IMG/VR virus record: IMGVR_UViG_3300017971_000057
Source of the DNA: a virus
Length of the DNA: 55,962 nt
Direction: 5' to 3' (one strand)
Numbering within the stretch: position 1 is the first letter of the stretch; the number at the start of each line of letters is the position of its first letter. Made by a program: the position numbers and the translations under genes. Under the pieces are notes generated by a model, which saw nothing but the letters and a program-made list of their open reading frames with translations, did no database searches and was not told the origin of the DNA. Below are positions 51,326 to 55,962 of this stretch, one piece after another.

Positions 51326-52056
51326 TCCTTCGTGATGGAGCGCAGATGATAGCGCTCCACCCCTGTCCAGAGATTGGCCTCCCCGGCCAGGAGGCCCTGG
51401 ATTTCTTTTGCGCCGCCGCACTGGACGCGGCAGATGTGGTAGAGCAACTGGCGAAACCGATCCAGGTCAATGCCCACGTCAAATGAGCCGCTCTGGAGCG
51501 GCCAATTTACAAAGTCCAGGCGGGCTCCGCTCAAATCGGCCTCGCGCAGGTCAGTCCCGCGCAAGTCGGCCTGGCAGAGGCCGACCCCGTACAAGTCGGC
51601 CCAGCGCAGGTCGGCCCTGCGCAGGTCGGCCTCGGTCAAATCGGCCTCGGCCATGCTGGCCCTGAGCAGGTTGGCCCTGCTCAGGTTGGCCTCGTGCAGG
51701 TTGGCCCTGCTCAGGTCGGCCTGGCGCAGGTCAGCCCCGCTCAGGTCAGCCTCGCTCAGATCGGCACCGCGCAGGTCAGCCCCGCGCAGGTCGGCCCTGG
51801 TCAGGTCGGCCCTGGTCAGGTCTGCCTCGCCCAGATCGGCACCGCGCAGGTCGACCTCGGCCAAGCTGGCACCGCTCAGGTTGGCCTCGTACAGGCTGGC
51901 CCCGCTCAAGTCGGCCTCGCTCAGGTTGGCCCCACGCAGGTTAGCTCTGTTCAGCCAAGCTCCGCTCAAGTCGGCCTTGCTAAGGTCAATCTCGCTCAAG
52001 TTGACCTTGCTCAAGTCGGCCCTGCTCAGATCCGCATCGCTCAAGTACTTTATCAT
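51322..52056 (-). CDS. Pentapeptide-repeat protein (about 35 tandem A(D/N)LxG-type repeats plus a ~55-aa C-terminal domain)
   Basis: ADLSRADLSKVNLSEIDLSKADLSGAWLNRANLRGANLSEADLSG... read from the ORF track. Confidence 0.9.
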   Translation of the reverse strand: MIKYLSDADLSRADLSKVNLSEIDLSKADLSGAWLNRANLRGANLSEADLSGASLYEANLSGASLAEVDLRGADLGEADLTRADLTRADLRGADLRGADLSEADLSGADLRQADLSRANLHEANLSRANLLRASMAEADLTEADLRRADLRWADLYGVGLCQADLRGTDLREADLSGARLDFVNWPLQSGSFDVGIDLDRFRQLLYHICRVQCGGAKEIQGLLAGEANLWTGVERYHLRSITKD

Positions 52057-52068
52057 CTGATTCTCCTT

Positions 52069-52092
52069 GCCGGGTATTCAGCCCGCCCGGCT
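52069..52092. repeat. Third, shortened copy (C) of the intergenic repeat, just upstream of the pentapeptide gene RBS
   Basis: gccgggtattcagcccgcccggct compared with gccgggctattctacagcccgcccggct. Confidence 0.7.
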
Positions 52093-52124
52093 CGGTCTAC
52101 TAGTTCGTCGGTTGTTCCTCTATG

Positions 52125-52186
52125 CCCGCCTGCTCGGACTCGAACCGGGCCGCTGGTTCTCAGCGCGCTCCACTGTGCTCAAGCGG
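52125..52186 (-). other. Degenerate tRNA-like fragment (acceptor-like stem plus GGTTCGAGTCC T-loop); too short for a functional tRNA
   Basis: On the minus strand, CCGCTTG...CCCGGTTCGAGTCCGAGCAGGCGG. 7-bp acceptor pairing with one GU. The T stem has one mismatch. Only 30 nt remain for the D and anticodon arms. Confidence 0.3.
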
Positions 52187-52190
52187 TTGT

Positions 52191-52240
52191 CGCCGGGCTA
52201 TTCTACAGCCCGCCCGGCTTGGGCGATGGGGGAGGCTAGG
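52191..52240. repeat. Direct repeat copy A, starting at the stop codon of gene 52236-52649
   Basis: See copy B. The copies are exactly 910 bp apart. Confidence 0.9.
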
Positions 52241-52649
52241 CCATTTGCTCAGCCCACGCGGCCTCGTTCTCGTCCATCTCCGCTTTGCATGCGGGGTGGA
52301 ACATCGGCGGTGCGTCGGAATCAGTCGTCATTCCGATGTGCCCGCCGCAGAGAGGGCACCTCTGCTCGAAAAGAAACTCGCTGCCCTTGGGCGCAATCAC
52401 GTCCATCTTGCCCCCGGCGCGGCCCATCCGCTGCGTGCCGTTGTCGCCCCAGTGCGCGATCCGCACGCGCACATTGGCGTGAATCTGGAAATAGCCGCTG
52501 CGGCTCGGACGCTGGAATCTCTCGTCTGGGGTCAAGTCGATCATCTCTCCGTCGGGGAGCCTGACGGCTCTGGGAAGCCGTCCCCGCGTGCTCGGGCTGT
52601 TCTCGCTCCAGTCGCTCCATTCAGTCGTGTAGGAAAAAGTCCGTTTCAT
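52236..52649 (-). CDS. Hypothetical protein (137 aa), first substantial gene of the leftward operon
   Basis: ORF track; GGAGCGGAGG upstream. Confidence 0.55.
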   Translation of the reverse strand: MKRTFSYTTEWSDWSENSPSTRGRLPRAVRLPDGEMIDLTPDERFQRPSRSGYFQIHANVRVRIAHWGDNGTQRMGRAGGKMDVIAPKGSEFLFEQRCPLCGGHIGMTTDSDAPPMFHPACKAEMDENEAAWAEQMA

Positions 52650-52775
52650 TGTATCCTCCGCTCCGTTTTGGTGTCGGCTCCAGCTTGAGCCGCTATGTGG
52701 CCTGCCATCGTCAGCACCGGGCGGCCAGTCCCGGCGGACCGGGCGTATGCCCGGTTTCGGCTACTCGGAGGAGAA

Positions 52776-52844
52776 TTAGCCCTTGAAGCTCTGCGCGATT
52801 GCCCAGGCCGTGTACTCTTCTGTCTGCTCGTTCTCGTTGCCCAT
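52776..52844 (-). CDS. Possible leaderless 22-aa ORF (MGNENEQTEEYTAWAIAQSFKG)
   Basis: The ATG lies 10 nt after the -10 hexamer of the leftward promoter. Confidence 0.2.
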   Translation of the reverse strand: MGNENEQTEEYTAWAIAQSFKG

Positions 52845-52853
52845 CTGGATAAA

Positions 52854-52882
52854 AGTATATCATATTCGGCACACTTTGTCAA
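52854..52882 (-). promoter_or_regulatory. Leftward near-consensus promoter: TTGACA (52882-52877), 17 nt, TGaTATACT (-10 at 52859-52854)
   Basis: Read directly from the reverse complement. Confidence 0.65.
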
Positions 52883-52896
52883 TACCCAATTTCCCC

Positions 52897-52939
52897 ATTC
52901 TAGAATTTCTAGGAATTCTTTTACCTTGAATTTTACCTT
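52897..52939. promoter_or_regulatory. Operator-like repeats between the divergent promoters
   Basis: Perfect palindrome ATTCTAGAAT 52897-52906, adjacent TTCTAGGAATTC, then TTTTACCTT (52919-27) gaa TTTTACCTT (52931-39). Confidence 0.45.
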
Positions 52940-52945
52940 TGGCCC

Positions 52946-52974
52946 TTGACGCAGCCTAGCGGGTGTGATAGAAT
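52946..52974 (+). promoter_or_regulatory. Rightward promoter: TTGACG (52946-52951), 17 nt, TGaTAGAAT (-10 at 52969-52974)
   Basis: Read directly. Confidence 0.65.
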
Positions 52975-53007
52975 ATATACACTGACAAAACTGATAGGAG
53001 GCAGACT

Positions 53008-53316
53008 ATGCAGACTATGGCCGATGGACAGAACGAACAAGATGAACTGATGGATGTGAGAGCTGCTGCGGCTCTACTCAGTGTGACTGGGGGCCGCGTC
53101 CGGCAGCTTGCAGGGAGTGGGCGGCTCGAGGGGCAAAAACTATCTGGGCGTTGGGTGTTCAGGCGCTCGAACGTGGAGCGATTCGCCGCCATTCCACGGC
53201 CTACGGGCCGGCCCAAAGAGAGCGGGGAGGACGAACCGGCTGTGCTGAACGTCACGGCGGGGGACATTCGCGCAGCGCGGGCGGTGCTCAAGCGGGTGAG
53301 TGGGGAGGGGGAATGA
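53008..53316 (+). CDS. Excisionase/MerR-type helix-turn-helix protein (first rightward gene, Cro-like position)
   Basis: LMDVRAAAALLSVTGGRVRQLAGSGRLEGQKLSGRWVFRRSNVERF; AGGAGG upstream. Confidence 0.6.
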   Translation: MQTMADGQNEQDELMDVRAAAALLSVTGGRVRQLAGSGRLEGQKLSGRWVFRRSNVERFAAIPRPTGRPKESGEDEPAVLNVTAGDIRAARAVLKRVSGEGE

Positions 53317-53993
53317 AATCAGTCTGGCAGTGGATATTGCAAGCCTCGCTGTGGATTGCCAGCATTGGATTGATGATTGCCAGCTCTGGCCTCGACGGCG
53401 CATACTTGGCGCGCCTGATGCCGGATGGGTGGGGCTGGTTGGGCCTGCTGCTCAACACGATGGCCGACATTACTAGCGAGTTGGGCATGTACTGGTATGG
53501 CCGTCTCCAGCAGGATGTCAAAGCCAAACGCAAGCGGGCACGGTGGATACTGGTTGGCCAGGTGTTGCTTGTTGGCTATGCGTGGCTGTTCAGTTGGCGT
53601 CAACTCGTGCCACGTATGCGCCAGGTTGACCCGGAGGCCGCCAGGCCGATGGCAATGTTGGCAGCCGGCTTTATTCCGTTGGCGCTCATTGTCGTCGGGT
53701 ACATCCAGTCCTTGCTATCTGGTCGCATCGAGAGTGACAAGCCGGACAAGACGAGTGCCAAGCCGATGCCAGTTGACGCGCCAGTTGACAGGCCGGCGGA
53801 CAACTTGGCACCCGATGTGTCAGGCTTGTCAACCGACGAGCGGCGTGAGCGGGTGTTGGCTGCTATGTTGGCACAGGAGCCGCCCACCCAGGTACAACTG
53901 GCGGAGCAGTTTGGCGTCAGCCGGTCAGCGATTGGCAATGACGTGGCAGTGTTGCGCGAGGCTGGCCGTCTGAATGGCCAGGGGAGGCACTAG
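53313..53993 (+). CDS. Polytopic membrane protein with C-terminal HTH
   Basis: ATGA coupling at 53313. About four hydrophobic helices, then TQVQLAEQFGVSRSAIGNDVAVLREAG. Confidence 0.55.
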   Translation: MKSVWQWILQASLWIASIGLMIASSGLDGAYLARLMPDGWGWLGLLLNTMADITSELGMYWYGRLQQDVKAKRKRARWILVGQVLLVGYAWLFSWRQLVPRMRQVDPEAARPMAMLAAGFIPLALIVVGYIQSLLSGRIESDKPDKTSAKPMPVDAPVDRPADNLAPDVSGLSTDERRERVLAAMLAQEPPTQVQLAEQFGVSRSAIGNDVAVLREAGRLNGQGRH

Positions 53994-53994
53994 G

Positions 53995-54174
53995 ATGCCT
54001 GCTCAATTGGTAGGTTCAGTGATCGTGTATGGGGCCTGCACGGCATTGGCACTGGCCGCCACGCTCATTTGGCCAGAGAGTCATTACCCGTGGGCCGCAC
54101 TCGGCGTATTCCTGATCCGGGTTATGGACGCTGTGTGGGAGCTGACGGACAGCAAGCGGCAGGAGGGGCGCTAA
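53995..54174 (+). CDS. Small membrane protein (59 aa)
   Basis: GGGGAGG upstream of ATG 53995; two hydrophobic helices. Confidence 0.45.
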   Translation: MPAQLVGSVIVYGACTALALAATLIWPESHYPWAALGVFLIRVMDAVWELTDSKRQEGR

Positions 54175-54175
54175 A

Positions 54176-54957
54176 ATGCCTGTGCCATTTATCTCCACAA
54201 CTGGACCGCGTGAGGCAACGCGAGTTGGCGCTGAGACTGAGGTCAAGATCCCGCGACAGACCTGGTTGATGATGAGTCTCGTCTTAATGCTCGTCGATGT
54301 CGGCCTGTGGTCTATCGGATGCCTGGTTTGGGCACGTGCTCGCGCCAAGTCGGTCGGATATTGGCGCTGGTTGAATTACGAGTGGTCGCCCTGGTTCGCG
54401 CTGGAATGGCCCTGGTTCGCGGTGACGATTATCCTATGCTGGATTGGCCCATCGGCGGCATCGTATCTATATCGGCTGGCGATTGAGCTGCTGGCGCGCA
54501 CTACGCCGCTCTATGATAATATGAGTCCCGATGACGGTATCTGGAATCCGCTCGGCCGGCGGCGATACGAGGAGGAGCCAGAGGAGGAGATGGAGAAAAC
54601 CGCCGAGACCGTCGATCTGAACCTGTGGGACCAGCCCAAAGACGGCAAGCGTCGCCGCCGGCGAACGTTGCCTGACTTTCTCGTCAGCACCCAGGCGCGG
54701 TCGTTCTATCGCGCTGTGGCCAATGGCGGCGCTGAATTCTCAGAGCGAGAGGCGCGGCGATACGGCATCAAGCGGCGTGAATTCAGGCAGAATATCCGCG
54801 ATGCGCTGCTAGATCGCAGGATGGCCGACTGGAAGGACGAGCAGCATAAAAATCTCGGCGTTTCATTGTCCCCCGATGCGCTGAGAACGTTGGAATTGCT
54901 GGGTAGGAACCCCCTGCCCCAGAGAAGTGCGCAGGGAGTGCGCAAAAGCGCATCCTG

Positions 54958-54958
<1 letters not shown>
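54176..54958 (+). CDS. Membrane-anchored protein with a basic/winged-helix-like C-terminal half
   Basis: ORF track; TM helices in residues ~30-100. Confidence 0.5.
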
Positions 54959-54992
<34 letters not shown>

Positions 54993-55010
54993 AAAAGGAG
55001 AGTTGGACAG

Positions 55011-55205
55011 ATGTTGGAGATTTTACTAGCACTGGCAGCAACCTGCGCCCTCGTGGGCGCAGTGGGCATTGGGTATCTATTCGGCCTACTCGCGCAGCCG
55101 CTCCAGGTTCAGATCGCGGGGCCTGTGCGGGTGATGAACGGACTGCACATGGACGTACCGGCGGGAACGATTATCGTGTCACCGGTGCGCAGAGGAGGGC
55201 GGTAG
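55011..55205 (+). CDS. Small membrane protein (64 aa)
   Basis: AAAGGAG upstream of ATG 55011; N-terminal TM ILLALAATCALVGAVGIGYLFGLL. Confidence 0.5.
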   Translation: MLEILLALAATCALVGAVGIGYLFGLLAQPLQVQIAGPVRVMNGLHMDVPAGTIIVSPVRRGGR

Positions 55206-55225
55206 TGGATAAAGTAGATTGGATC

Positions 55226-55243
55226 AAAGTCGGGAAAGTCGGG
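55226..55243 (+). repeat. Tandem 9-mer (AAAGTCGGG x2) 17 nt upstream of the csf1 ATG
   Basis: Read directly. Confidence 0.8.
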
Positions 55244-55260
55244 ATTGTAGCTCACGCACG

Positions 55261-55962
55261 ATGATATGCCGGATCTGTGGCAACAGGGCCGTGAAAGGCC
55301 AGCCGTTCGATGAGTGGGTACGCCCCACATTTACGGATTGGGATAAGCTCGTCCCTGGTGACGCCATTTGCTCTGATTGCTTATTTTGGTTTGAGGAGCA
55401 GTCGGAGGAATTGGCGCGGCGAGTAGGGAAGGAAAAGCCGCAACGGATGCGGAATTATAGCCACTTTATTGTTGCGGGAGAGTGGATACCTCTCTCGAAA
55501 GGCGACAAAGGCAGAATGCAAGTTTTGCTACTTGGTGAGCCTTTCCCCGAACTGGCCGCTATCGCAATGAGCGGCCAAAAGCACATCGCGTTTCGGGCGC
55601 AGCGCAACCCACCCGACGCTAAAGCGGGTTGGGTGCAAGTGGAGGAGCAGGCGCTCTACCTGAACCCGGAGGAACTGCGCTCGCTGCTGTGTGCTGTGGA
55701 GGCGTTGTACACGGGATTCAGCAAGTCAGAGATTGAGACGGGCGACTATGCCGGGTATCGTATCCTGAAGTATGGCCTGGAAGAGTGGCAGGCGCTAGAG
55801 ACCGAGGTCGCGCCGCAGCGCGGCAGTCTGCTCTTCGCCCTCGCCCTTTTCCTGGCACAGAAAGGACAGGCGGGTGGACGAAACAAAAGAGCAGGCTATA
55901 GAGCTGTTGGCGATTCTATGGCGGGGGATCCCGGCGGACTACAAGAACCGCTACCGGATGAA
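55261..55962 (+). CDS. csf1: Csf1 (type IV large subunit, zinc-ribbon N-terminus); continues across the circular junction to 219 (265 aa in total)
   Basis: MICRICGN...GDAICSDCLFWF, with CxxC at residues 3-6 and 37-40. No stop before the window end. Lies directly upstream of cas11-csf2-csf3. Confidence 0.7.
   Translation, partial: MICRICGNRAVKGQPFDEWVRPTFTDWDKLVPGDAICSDCLFWFEEQSEELARRVGKEKPQRMRNYSHFIVAGEWIPLSKGDKGRMQVLLLGEPFPELAAIAMSGQKHIAFRAQRNPPDAKAGWVQVEEQALYLNPEELRSLLCAVEALYTGFSKSEIETGDYAGYRILKYGLEEWQALETEVAPQRGSLLFALALFLAQKGQAGGRNKRAGYRAVGDSMAGDPGGLQEPLPDE
55840..55962. repeat. Terminal overlap copy 2 (identical to 1-123)
   Basis: See copy 1. Confidence 0.95.

Noticed and set aside
51330-52060. 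Highly periodic 15-nt repeats that could be mistaken for a CRISPR-like array or satellite; long plus-strand ORFs 51408-51665, 51470-52060 and 51694-52239
   Set aside because: The periodicity is the coding repeat of the minus-strand pentapeptide-repeat gene. There are no unique spacers. The plus-strand ORFs are mirror-frame artefacts (monotonous SA/RS/PAQV strings).
52646-52882. 78-aa minus-strand ORF and 84-aa plus-strand ORF (52695-52949) in the switch region
   Set aside because: Their starts lie in or upstream of the mapped promoter hexamers, the composition is Arg/Ser/Pro-rich, and there are no RBSs. The region is better explained as 5' UTR plus operators.

Overview
The window is one complete, circularly closed genome. 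Bases 1-123 are identical to 55840-55962, so the unit length is about 55,839 bp. It is a high-GC, siphovirus-like tailed phage, or possibly a phage-plasmid, since I saw no integrase or partition genes.

Layout:
- A divergent near-consensus promoter pair with operator-like repeats sits at 52.85-52.98 kb.
- The rightward early operon (53008, across the junction, to 4353) encodes HTH and membrane proteins. It also carries an array-less type IV-B CRISPR-Cas effector module: csf1 (55261 to 219), cas11, csf2/cas7, csf3/cas5 and a cysH-like PAPS-reductase-family gene.
- A consensus promoter, a ~180-nt structured RNA and an intrinsic terminator (4350-4566) precede the long late operon (4650-40719).
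- The late operon encodes terS, terL, portal, a methyltransferase-like ORF, a scaffold-like protein, the capsid, three beta-helix proteins, and a glycosyltransferase/sulfotransferase-like fusion. It continues with a BNR propeller protein, the tape measure, LamG-rich distal tail proteins, a clan GH-A glycosidase, a CBM-like protein and holins.
- The leftward early operon (52649 down to 40990) encodes a pentapeptide-repeat protein bracketed by 29-bp direct repeats, a Csx16-like protein and a lipoprotein. A second promoter/structured-RNA/terminator unit follows.
- Further along that operon, an IS256-family element with intact 8-bp target duplications splits a replication gene pair. Downstream are a replication initiator, a DnaB-like helicase, a DnaG-like primase, a Vsr/DUF559-like endonuclease and an ASCH-like protein.

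I found no rRNA, no bona fide tRNA and no CRISPR array. All functional calls come from motifs read by eye and from gene order. No database search was run.
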